Assembly: GCF_000018105.1 (NCBI RefSeq)
Contig: NC_009925.1
Span: forward strand, 4,830,001-4,862,000
Direction: 5' to 3'
DNA: 32,000 nucleotides
DNA from: Acaryochloris marina MBIC11017
GTDB taxonomy: Bacteria; Cyanobacteriota; Cyanobacteriia; Thermosynechococcales; Thermosynechococcaceae
This document shows, in pieces, positions 1 to 7,541 of the stretch (position 1 is its first letter; every line of letters begins with the position of its first letter). The position numbers and the translations under genes were made by a program. The notes under the pieces were generated by a model. The model did no database searches and was not told the DNA's origin. It saw only the letters and a list, made by a program, of their open reading frames with translations.

Positions 1-2496
1 GGCGTCCCATTCCTTTTGAATGGTGGCTGCTGCCGTCAGGCCATCCATCTCCGGCATATGTACGTCCATCAAAACAATGTCATAGGTTTGGCGCTTTAAG
101 GCTGCTAAGACTTCATGGCCATCATTGGCGACATCAGCGCTATACCCCAGTTGTTTCAGGATCAGTAAGGCGACTTTCTGGTTTACGGCCACATCTTCTG
201 CCAGCAAAATACGTAGGGATGCCGGGCTGACTCGCTCAGGCTCCGGCGGCTGTTCTTCTGGTTCGGCAGGCTCTCCAAAAATATTAGCCAGAACATCATG
301 GAGCCGTGACTGTTGAATCGGTTTGTTTAGGATAGCTGCGAAGTTGATATTCCCCTGCTGTTGAATCAACTCATCTTTGCCCAAAGAACTCAACATCACT
401 AAGGGAAAGTCTGCCAACTGTTCCCGAATCCGCTTGGCCAAGGTTAACCCATCCATTTCTGGCATTTGCATATCCAGAACGGCCAGATCAAACCCATGAT
501 CGGCGGTGAGTAATGCTAGGGCTGCGGCTCCTCCCGGAACGGCCTCGCTGGTCATGCCCCAAGCTTTTGCTTGCAGGGTTAGAATTTTACGGTTAGTGGG
601 ATTGTCGTCCACGATCAGCAGATGCTTGCCATCCAAATGGGCGGGAGAAATGATGGGTCGCTGAGCGGGATCAGCAATGGGGACGGAAATCGTGAAGCAG
701 AAAGAAGACCCTTTGCCCACGTCACTTTCGACCCACATGCGGCCACCCATTAGCTCGCACAGCCGATGACAAATGGCTAACCCTAATCCGGTGCCGCCAT
801 ATTTGCGGGTGGTGGAGGCGTCCACTTGGCTAAAGGATTTGAACAATCGATCCATTCGATCAGCAGGAATGCCGATTCCCGTGTCTTTGACTACAATCTG
901 GAGGATATGGTGACCCTTTCGGACTGGAGCGGCATGATCTGCTGTGACATCTTGAATATAGACCACCACTTCTCCCGTGTCTGTAAATTTGACACCGTTG
1001 GTGAGGAGGTTGACGATAATTTGTCGTAGCCGGGTCACATCCCCGATAATCCATTCGGGAGTATCAGGTTCAAATAGGTACGCCAATTCTAAGGATTTAT
1101 CTACTGCTCTGGGGGCGACGATACGGAGGGCCTGTTCGATACAAATTCGGAGGTCAAAGGGTTGGTTCTCAAATTCCAGTTTGCCTGCTTCTATTTTGGA
1201 GAAATCTAAAATATCGTTAATCAGGCTGAGTAATGCATCCCCACTGCTGCGAATGGTTTCTACAAAGTCAGCCTGTTGCAGATCTAAATCTGTATTCAGA
1301 AGTAGACCGGTCATGCCAATGACGGCATTCATGGGGGTCCGCAACTCATGGCTCATATTGGCTAGAAACTGAGATTTAGCGGTGTTGGCCGTATCAGCGT
1401 CCCGCTTGGCCTGCACGAGGGCCGTATTGTTGCTTTCTAAGGCCTGGCGCTGCTGTTGCTCTTGCTCTAAGAGTTGGGCTTGGGCAATGGCAATGCCCAC
1501 CTGACCCGCCACGGCTTCTAATAGTTCGATGTCTGCTTCGGACCAAGTGCGGTTGCGATCGCACTGATGTAGCACAATCACCCCATTGGCCTGACCCTGA
1601 TAGGAGGTGCGAGTCGCCAGTAGGGACTGGAGCTGTGCCTGCTCACAAAATTGGATTTCTCCCTCGGTCATCTGGTCCCGATCTAGTTCAGGTATGGCCC
1701 ATACGCGATCATGACCAAAGATTTCTGACAGCAGGGGATGATTGCCCATCTCCAGTTCCAGGCAAGAGGCGTAATCCATCTCCAAATACTCCGCCAGATC
1801 AGAGTCTGCTGAAATCTGGGCGGCATAGCTCTGAATAAAGCAGCGATTGGTTTCGAGGGTATAGCCCAACTGGTCAACGGTGGTTTGAAAAATATGCTGG
1901 GTATCAAGGCTGCGGCGAATGTCTTGGGTAATCTGCTCGATGAGTAAGACCCGCTGAATTTGCAGGTTTAAATTCTGGTTGGCGGCTTCTAAGGCGGCAG
2001 TCCGCTCTTGAATCACTTGTTCTTGTTCGGTGGTGAGTTGCTGCAGCTTTTGGTTCATTAACTGCAGTTCTTGGTTCTGCTCTGCGAGTTGCTGATCCGT
2101 CAGATAACTCTGAACCGCAGAGGCAATGGTTAACTTTAAATCGTCTGCCTGCCAGGGTTTGGCGATGTAGCGATAGAGATCGGCATGGGTAACGGCATTT
2201 GCGATCGCATCCACATCTGCTTGCCCCGTCAGCATCACTGTGATCGTCTCCGGGGACTTCTCATGAATGCGCTGGAGAACTTGATCCCCCTTCATGCCGG
2301 GCATGATGTAGTCAGAGATCACCACCGCCACTTCATATTCATCTTCTAGCAGTTCATCCACAATCTCTAGGGCTTCTTCGCCCCCCTGAGCCGTTTCGAT
2401 GGCGCAGTCCTGGCCAATGGATTTCCGTAATTCGATTTTGAGGGACTCTAGAACAGTAGATTCGTCATCTACACAGAGGATAAAAGGCTTACTCAT
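1..2496 (-). CDS. Hybrid sensor histidine kinase/response regulator, C-terminus cut by the window edge (REC - coiled coil - GAF-like - HisKA - HATPase_c - REC - REC)
   Basis: Missing from the ORF track because no stop codon lies in the window. My manual minus-strand translation from the ATG at 2496-2494 stays open for all 832 codons down to position 1. Motifs read directly: N-terminal receiver [12 protein letters not shown]...[13 protein letters not shown]...IAKPW; H-box [16 protein letters not shown] (about 1320-1370); [17 protein letters not shown] and GGTGLGLAI; two C-terminal receivers ([11 protein letters not shown]...[13 protein letters not shown] and [11 protein letters not shown]...[13 protein letters not shown]). 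The start overlaps the upstream receiver gene's stop (ATGA at 2493-2496). Confidence 0.88.
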   Translation of the reverse strand, partial: MSKPFILCVDDESTVLESLKIELRKSIGQDCAIETAQGGEEALEIVDELLEDEYEVAVVISDYIMPGMKGDQVLQRIHEKSPETITVMLTGQADVDAIANAVTHADLYRYIAKPWQADDLKLTIASAVQSYLTDQQLAEQNQELQLMNQKLQQLTTEQEQVIQERTAALEAANQNLNLQIQRVLLIEQITQDIRRSLDTQHIFQTTVDQLGYTLETNRCFIQSYAAQISADSDLAEYLEMDYASCLELEMGNHPLLSEIFGHDRVWAIPELDRDQMTEGEIQFCEQAQLQSLLATRTSYQGQANGVIVLHQCDRNRTWSEADIELLEAVAGQVGIAIAQAQLLEQEQQQRQALESNNTALVQAKRDADTANTAKSQFLANMSHELRTPMNAVIGMTGLLLNTDLDLQQADFVETIRSSGDALLSLINDILDFSKIEAGKLEFENQPFDLRICIEQALRIVAPRAVDKSLELAYLFEPDTPEWIIGDVTRLRQIIVNLLTNGVKFTDTGEVVVYIQDVTADHAAPVRKGHHILQIVVKDTGIGIPADRMDRLFKSFSQVDASTTRKYGGTGLGLAICHRLCELMGGRMWVESDVGKGSSFCFTISVPIADPAQRPIISPAHLDGKHLLIVDDNPTNRKILTLQAKAWGMTSEAVPGGAAALALLTADHGFDLAVLDMQMPEMDGLTLAKRIREQLADFPLVMLSSLGKDELIQQQGNINFAAILNKPIQQSRLHDVLANIFGEPAEPEEQPPEPERVSPASLRILLAEDVAVNQKVALLILKQLGYSADVANDGHEVLAALKRQTYDIVLMDVHMPEMDGLTAAATIQKEWDA
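1555..1562. repeat. HIP1 octamer GCGATCGC
   Basis: Exact match read in sequence. Confidence 0.95.
2201..2208. repeat. HIP1 octamer GCGATCGC
   Basis: Exact match read in sequence. Confidence 0.95.
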
Positions 2497-2891
2497 AGCG
2501 CTTCCAGATTTGACTTCAGCAGTTCAATTAATTCGCTTTTGCGCCAGGGCTTATGGATAAACCGATGGAGATCGGCCTCTTCCTTGGCCCGTTCAATCGC
2601 TGAGTGATCCGCCTGCCCAGAGAGCATGATTTTGATGATATTGGGATGATCTTGATGAAGTTTGACGAAAAATTCGTCTCCCTTCATCCCTGGCATGAGC
2701 CAATCACACAGCACCAAAACTACCTCAACGCCATCTTCCTGCAGCTCCTCCACAATTTCTAATGCTTCGTTGGCATTGATGGCTGCTTCTACATTGCAGA
2801 GGTCACTCAGCTCTTTTTTAATCTGTATTTTGAGACTGTCTAAAATAACTTTTTCATCATCTACACATAAAACGACGGGCTTAACCATCAC
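2493..2891 (-). CDS. Single-domain CheY-like response regulator (receiver only)
   Basis: 132-aa ORF. Acidic pocket VLCVDDE, phospho-acceptor context [14 protein letters not shown], and MLSGQAD plus KPW near the C-terminus. The track start at 2891 is GTG; the ATG one codon downstream (2888) is the more likely start. The stop overlaps the next gene's ATG. Confidence 0.9.
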   Translation of the reverse strand: MMVKPVVLCVDDEKVILDSLKIQIKKELSDLCNVEAAINANEALEIVEELQEDGVEVVLVLCDWLMPGMKGDEFFVKLHQDHPNIIKIMLSGQADHSAIERAKEEADLHRFIHKPWRKSELIELLKSNLEAL

Positions 2892-2930
2892 ATTGATCCA
2901 TTGCTAGTCGAGTTCAAATTGTCTCCTGCC

Positions 2931-4487
2931 CTAAGTCAGGGGGATAGACACGGTAAATTGGGTTTTCCCAGGTTCAGATACCACGGAAATATCGCCCTCA
3001 TGTTTCTTCACGATCTTATGGACAATATCGAGGCCCAAACCGCTGCCTTCTCCAGGGGGCTTGGTGGTGAAGAACGGTTGGAATATTTTGGGCATCACTT
3101 CTGCGGGGATTCCCTGACCGCTGTCGGCAATTTTGACCTGGACCTGATTCTCATGGTGCTGGACATCCAGGGTTAAGGTGCCTTGATAATCCATGGCCTG
3201 CAGGGCGTTATGAATCAGATTGGTCCAGACCTGGCTCAGCTCATCGTGGAAACAGGACACCGATGGAATGGGATCATAATTGCGAATGACCTCGACCCCA
3301 TTTTTAAGCTGACTCTGGTAAAGGGTTAAAACCGTTTCAATATCGTAGATAAGGTTGGTGGGGGACTTTTGGCCGGTATGGTCAAAGTGAGAATAGCTCT
3401 TCAGGGCAAAGACGACTTTGGCTGCTTTGTCCGTGGCAGTTTTGATGGTCTTAGTGCTGTTTAACAAGGTTGAAAACTGATAGGCCATATCCAAGGTCTG
3501 GCGTCCTTCTGCAGACTGCAGTCGGGGGACGATGGCCTCGATCTCTTCTAGATAATTCAGCTCCGCTAAGGTATCCGCCACGTCATCCGCCTGATCAATC
3601 CCTTCCGCTTCTAGCATGCGGATATTTCCCCGCTTCAGCTTGCGCTTTTCGCGACTGCTCAAGATCACCAGATCCTGGTTGGCGGAATCCAACAATTCTG
3701 AAAATAATTGTTGGCAATCTCCCGTTAGAGCCTGGAAAAAGGTGGGGAGTGCCCCTAAATTGCGTTCTAAAAAGTCAGAAATATTTTCTACTGAGGATCG
3801 GATTGCCCCCAGGGGAGTATTGATTTCATGGGCGATCCCGGCAATCAACTGACCTAAAGAGGCCATCTTCTCCGATTGAATCAGTTGCTCCTGGGTGGTC
3901 TCTAATTGCTTAAGAGTTGCCTGCAAATTGTGGTTCTTCTCCTGGACCATCTGCAAGGTTTGCTCTAATTCCACTTGCTTGGCTGCTAACTCTTCTGCCA
4001 TGTGGGTAGTGTCAGACAGGGCGGTGGACCGAGCCTGGAGCAGATAGAGAAAATCTGAAGTCGGTTCATGGGTAGCAAAATCCTTCAGTTTGACCCCATA
4101 GCCTTTGAGATCGGAGAGGTCTGTGACCCAGAGAGAGCCGATGAAAAATATCACATCTTCGGACTCAATGGGCATCAACTGGCCCTTCAACTGGAATCCC
4201 CGGTGAATCGATTCGATTAAAAACAGTTTTTTCGACTTTTTCAGCAGGGCATCAAACTCCAACGCTACTTTTGGACGCTGGATCTGAAAAAAATCATCTA
4301 CCTGTCCGCCCATCAGCCCCTCAGGAGCAATGCGTTGCAGCACCTTGCCCGCTTGCAAAATCTCTAAGTTGCGATTGAAGACAAAATGGAAGGGAAAAAC
4401 CTTGGCAAAACACTCGGGGGGTAAACTGCGCTCGATCCCATTAGTGGAAAGGACACTTGACTCTGTACTTAACTGAGAACTGATCAT
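2931..4487 (-). CDS. HNOBA-domain sensor histidine kinase (H-NOX-associated kinase)
   Basis: 518-aa ORF. The N-terminal ~190 aa contain FAKVFPFHFVFNRNLEILQAGKVLQRI, which resembles the HNOBA domain of soluble guanylate cyclases (PF07701). A coiled coil follows (ELEQTLQMVQEKNHNLQATLKQLETTQEQL). The H-box is SEKMASLGQLIAGIAHEINTPLGAI, and the ATPase boxes are LIHNALQAM, DSGQGIP and GEGSGLGL. The only in-frame ATG overlaps the H-NOX gene's 3' end by 47 nt. Confidence 0.88.
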   Translation of the reverse strand: MISSQLSTESSVLSTNGIERSLPPECFAKVFPFHFVFNRNLEILQAGKVLQRIAPEGLMGGQVDDFFQIQRPKVALEFDALLKKSKKLFLIESIHRGFQLKGQLMPIESEDVIFFIGSLWVTDLSDLKGYGVKLKDFATHEPTSDFLYLLQARSTALSDTTHMAEELAAKQVELEQTLQMVQEKNHNLQATLKQLETTQEQLIQSEKMASLGQLIAGIAHEINTPLGAIRSSVENISDFLERNLGALPTFFQALTGDCQQLFSELLDSANQDLVILSSREKRKLKRGNIRMLEAEGIDQADDVADTLAELNYLEEIEAIVPRLQSAEGRQTLDMAYQFSTLLNSTKTIKTATDKAAKVVFALKSYSHFDHTGQKSPTNLIYDIETVLTLYQSQLKNGVEVIRNYDPIPSVSCFHDELSQVWTNLIHNALQAMDYQGTLTLDVQHHENQVQVKIADSGQGIPAEVMPKIFQPFFTTKPPGEGSGLGLDIVHKIVKKHEGDISVVSEPGKTQFTVSIPLT

Positions 4488-5004
4488 GGTCGGCGCCCTC
4501 CTCGCGGCTGTGGGTCTGGTTGATATCTACCTCTGTTTCAAATCGTTCCCCCAGCCCTTCTACCAATCCCATGACCATGGGGGCTAGTCCATCTCGCTCC
4601 GAGTGATAATGCAGGGTTAATTCTTCCTCATCCGCTTCATCGCAGTCAAAGGATGGGGGCTTCAACTTGGGAAACATCACCCCGACTCGGGCATGAAGAT
4701 CATCCAGATTCTCCAGGAACTCAGGTAAATCTTCCCCATTCATTTCCATTAGCTCTCCATACCCTTCTTGGGCGGTGAACTGAACCCAATACTTACCGAA
4801 GGCATGCATAACGTCTGCAGGAGAGAGCTCCAATACTTCGCTAGCGGCTCCCACCAACCGGTAGGTCAACTCATCGGGGTAGCCTTCCATGCTGATAAAG
4901 GCTTCCGTTTTGATCTCAGCTTTTTGTTTGATCGCCTCCCAGGTTGCATCATTAAAATGGCTGCGCACCATCTTTTCGATGGCTTTATTGACTAGGCCAT
5001 ACAT
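4441..5004 (-). CDS. H-NOX (haem-nitric oxide/oxygen binding, HNOB) sensor protein
   Basis: 187-aa ORF starting MYGLVNKAIE. Candidate proximal haem ligand His104 in NLDDLHARV. Haem-propionate Y-x-S-x-R motif as YHSER (aa 133-137). Prolines in KLKPPSF. No Trp9 of the Trp9/Asn74/Tyr140 distal triad seen in O2-binding H-NOX. A GGGAGG Shine-Dalgarno-like sequence ends 4 nt upstream of the ATG on the minus strand. Confidence 0.92.
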   Translation of the reverse strand: MYGLVNKAIEKMVRSHFNDATWEAIKQKAEIKTEAFISMEGYPDELTYRLVGAASEVLELSPADVMHAFGKYWVQFTAQEGYGELMEMNGEDLPEFLENLDDLHARVGVMFPKLKPPSFDCDEADEEELTLHYHSERDGLAPMVMGLVEGLGERFETEVDINQTHSREEGADHDQFSVKYRVKCPFH

Positions 5005-5680
5005 GAGAGCCTCCCTAACGATCTAAATTTCAACAGTTCTAGGGTTCCCAATCCACAAAACATGTTCCACAGGGGGTTTGTTTTTGGATTTTTATCTTTG
5101 AAAGGACTAATAATGCCCTGATCCTGGCTAAAAAATAATCAAAAGTTGGGGTAATTTTTTAGGAATATTTGCTGAAGATAATAATTTCTAGGCCAGCAGA
5201 GCGCCTCTATCTCGAAAACTAGATTTATTTGAAGCAGAAAGAATATATGTCTAGGGCTATGAGTATTCAGAAATCAATAATTAGCCTTTCTTTATTTATT
5301 ATTAATAATGAATTAATGATAGAATTATAGTATTCATTTTTTAACAAAAACTAAATGATTTATTCTGAAAATAATCAAATTTAAGAACTTAAAGCATGCG
5401 TGTAATCACTCAAAAAAACCTTATCTATAGGTGTTTTCGTGCATTAAAGTTACGTGTTTACACTGATGCGACACCTAGATAGACCTAATATTCTCTGATT
5501 TATCGTTAAAGACTAATTCAGTTTTATCGATAAATTGACCCAGTCAAAATCACCTGAAAATTCTCCCAAAAAGATATTAATGAGTCGCTGATGATATTTT
5601 TTCGTCACAAGTAATTGGAGATAATTCCCCATATGCATTAATATCTATCTCTTTGGCGAAAGAGTATTTAAAAGTGATAT

Positions 5681-5707
5681 TTCTACATATAGTGTAACTA
5701 TGTAGAA
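5681..5707. promoter_or_regulatory. Perfect 9-bp inverted repeat within the long AT-rich spacer
   Basis: ttctacata (5681-5689) and tatgtagaa (5699-5707) are separated by 9 nt. It could be a protein-binding site or an RNA hairpin; the function is unknown. Confidence 0.3.
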
Positions 5708-5969
5708 AATATTTTCCATGTCAAAAATAGTGAAATATCTTTTTTTGAAATAATTCAGTCGAATAGTTAACAACGTCAGGCGGTTATTGGTTAATGGCTA
5801 ATGCTAAACAGGATCAAAAAAGTGGGGATAATTCCCTATTTACTCATGTCTTCTTATCTCTATCTGAAGTAAAAGCAGATTGCAGATTTATGCCAAATTT
5901 TCGCTAAAAAGAAGTGTTCTCTAACCTTTCGTTTATGTTGTTAATCCATTTAGAACCCAAGAGGAATTC

Positions 5970-6737
5970 ATGATTACGGCCAATAAACAAGTCACCCAAG
6001 CTCTGTACAACGATACAGCGGCTCGATGGGTTCGAGGTGGACCCAGCTCGCTGTCTGACTTCACAGCACGTCCCGCCATTTTGGAGATGTGTGCACCAGT
6101 TACAGAGCAAAAGATTCTGGATCTCGGATGTGGTGAAGGGTACTGTAGCCGTCAACTCCGACAGCTCGGTGCAGCATCCGTTTTAGGCGTCGACCTCTCC
6201 CAGAGGATGATTGAAGCCGCCCAGGCCCAAGAAGTACAAGAGTCTTTGGGGATTACCTATCAGGTGGGATGTGCCACGGACGTTCGGCATTACACCCAAG
6301 ACAAGTTTGATTTAGTGGTGGCTGTTTTCTTGTTTAACTACCTAACGGTTGCCCAAACTCAGGCTTGCATGGCAGAAATTTTTCAGGTGCTGGAACCTGG
6401 CGGGCGGTTTATCTTTAGCATCCCCCACCCTGCTTTTCCCTATATGCGCCAAGCTGAGTTTCCCTTTTATTTCGAAGTGGATGGCAATAACTACTTCAGT
6501 GGACGGGACCAACAATGTCCAGGGCGCATTTGGAAGCGCGATGGTTCCTGGTTAGACGTCCAGCTGATTCACAAAACGATTCAAGATTTCTTTGAAGCGC
6601 TGCAAATGGCTGGTTTTACAAGCATGCCGACTGTGCGTGAATTACGAGTCTTACCTGAACATGTCGAACTTGATCCAGATTTTTTCGGACCGTTAGTTGA
6701 TTACCCCTTACATATGGCGATTGAGGTGCACAAATGA
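5970..6737 (+). CDS. Class I SAM-dependent methyltransferase
   Basis: 255-aa ORF with glycine-rich SAM motif I (ILDLGCGEGYCS), acidic motif II (VLGVDLS), and DLVVAVFLFNYL with LEPGGRFIFS. AAGAGGA lies 7 nt upstream of the ATG. The stop overlaps the next gene's start (ATGA at 6734-6737). Confidence 0.88.
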   Translation: MITANKQVTQALYNDTAARWVRGGPSSLSDFTARPAILEMCAPVTEQKILDLGCGEGYCSRQLRQLGAASVLGVDLSQRMIEAAQAQEVQESLGITYQVGCATDVRHYTQDKFDLVVAVFLFNYLTVAQTQACMAEIFQVLEPGGRFIFSIPHPAFPYMRQAEFPFYFEVDGNNYFSGRDQQCPGRIWKRDGSWLDVQLIHKTIQDFFEALQMAGFTSMPTVRELRVLPEHVELDPDFFGPLVDYPLHMAIEVHK

Positions 6738-7444
6738 AAACGATTACTGCCTACTCTATGGATTCCTATCGCAGATTGACCATGCGGCACCCCTTGTGGA
6801 AGCACCCTTTCCTAGAGCAATGCCGGTCTGGAGAGCTGACTTTGGCCGAAGTGCGTGTTTTAGCGGTACAGATGTACAAGTTTTCCCAATCCTTTAATCG
6901 CATCCTGGCGGGCATTATGTCTTGTTGCCCCGATGAGAATGCCCAAATGGTGATTATGGAAAATCTCTTGGATGAAATGGGGCAGGGCGATTTGACTCAT
7001 GCTCATCCAGAATTATTTCGGCGGTTTACCCGGTCTTTAGGGATTGATGATGGGACATTACAAATGACTCCCCCGGAGCCGGAAACCCAGGCCATGATTG
7101 ATACGTACCTTGCTCTGCCCCATAAGTATGGTTATTTAGCAGCAGTGGGAGCCGTTTGCTTTGCATCAGAAGGAATTGTGAATTCCCTATATACCCAAAT
7201 TCGCCAAGGCATTGTCGGGGTATCTCCTTTCTCATCGGAAGCGTTGAGCTTTTTCGAAGTGCATATAGATCTCGATGATGACCATGCTGCTCATTTAGAA
7301 GCGCTGATCGAACCCCGATTAAAAACGGTGGAAGACTCCCTCTATTTGAATCGAGCGATCAAGAAAGCGATGGATTCGCGACTGAAATTCTTTAATGGTA
7401 TTCAGCGTGCTTCTGAAGCTGTGTCTTATGCTTGGGCGGCCTAA
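6734..7444 (+). CDS. Haem-oxygenase-like diiron enzyme (iron-containing redox enzyme family, CADD/PqqC-like fold)
   Basis: 236-aa ORF. Candidate carboxylate/His ligand pattern: NLLDEMGQGDLTHAHPELF (E81, H89/H91), CFASEGIV (E146) and FFEVHIDLDDDHAAH (H177-x3-D181-x2-H184). The spacing matches what I recall for CADD-type haem-oxygenase-like diiron oxidases. Translationally coupled to the methyltransferase. Confidence 0.8.
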   Translation: MKTITAYSMDSYRRLTMRHPLWKHPFLEQCRSGELTLAEVRVLAVQMYKFSQSFNRILAGIMSCCPDENAQMVIMENLLDEMGQGDLTHAHPELFRRFTRSLGIDDGTLQMTPPEPETQAMIDTYLALPHKYGYLAAVGAVCFASEGIVNSLYTQIRQGIVGVSPFSSEALSFFEVHIDLDDDHAAHLEALIEPRLKTVEDSLYLNRAIKKAMDSRLKFFNGIQRASEAVSYAWAA

Positions 7445-7481
7445 TGATGCTCTTGCCCTGAGCAAGGGTGTATGTTTTGCA

Positions 7482-7502
7482 GAGCCTCATCCCATGAGGC
7501 TC
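7482..7502 (+). other. Perfect 9-bp stem / 3-nt loop hairpin between the diiron-enzyme and TauD-like genes
   Basis: gagcctcat (7482-7490), loop ccc, atgaggctc (7494-7502). There is no U-tract after it, so it is not a classic terminator. It may be an RNA stability or processing element. Confidence 0.4.
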
Positions 7503-7541
7503 CAAATACCTAGCAAATGCTAGATACGACGAAGATAAGCG

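Noticed and set aside
977-1372. A 131-aa plus-strand ORF, with several 60-90-aa ORFs at 125-1907
   Set aside because: They lie antisense to or out of frame with the continuous 832-codon hybrid kinase reading frame, which has clear kinase and receiver motifs. They have low-complexity, Arg/Ser-rich composition typical of shadow ORFs.
3470-3852. Plus-strand ORFs of 117 aa and 78 aa inside the HNOBA-kinase gene
   Set aside because: They are antisense shadow ORFs with no motifs, and the opposite strand has a complete, well-supported kinase.
5794-5907. A 37-aa mini-ORF just upstream of the methyltransferase, considered as a RiPP precursor peptide
   Set aside because: It has no Shine-Dalgarno-like sequence and no recognisable leader or core features. 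None of the adjacent enzyme families is a typical RiPP maturase, and a 37-codon ORF can arise by chance. I keep it only as a note in the spacer finding.
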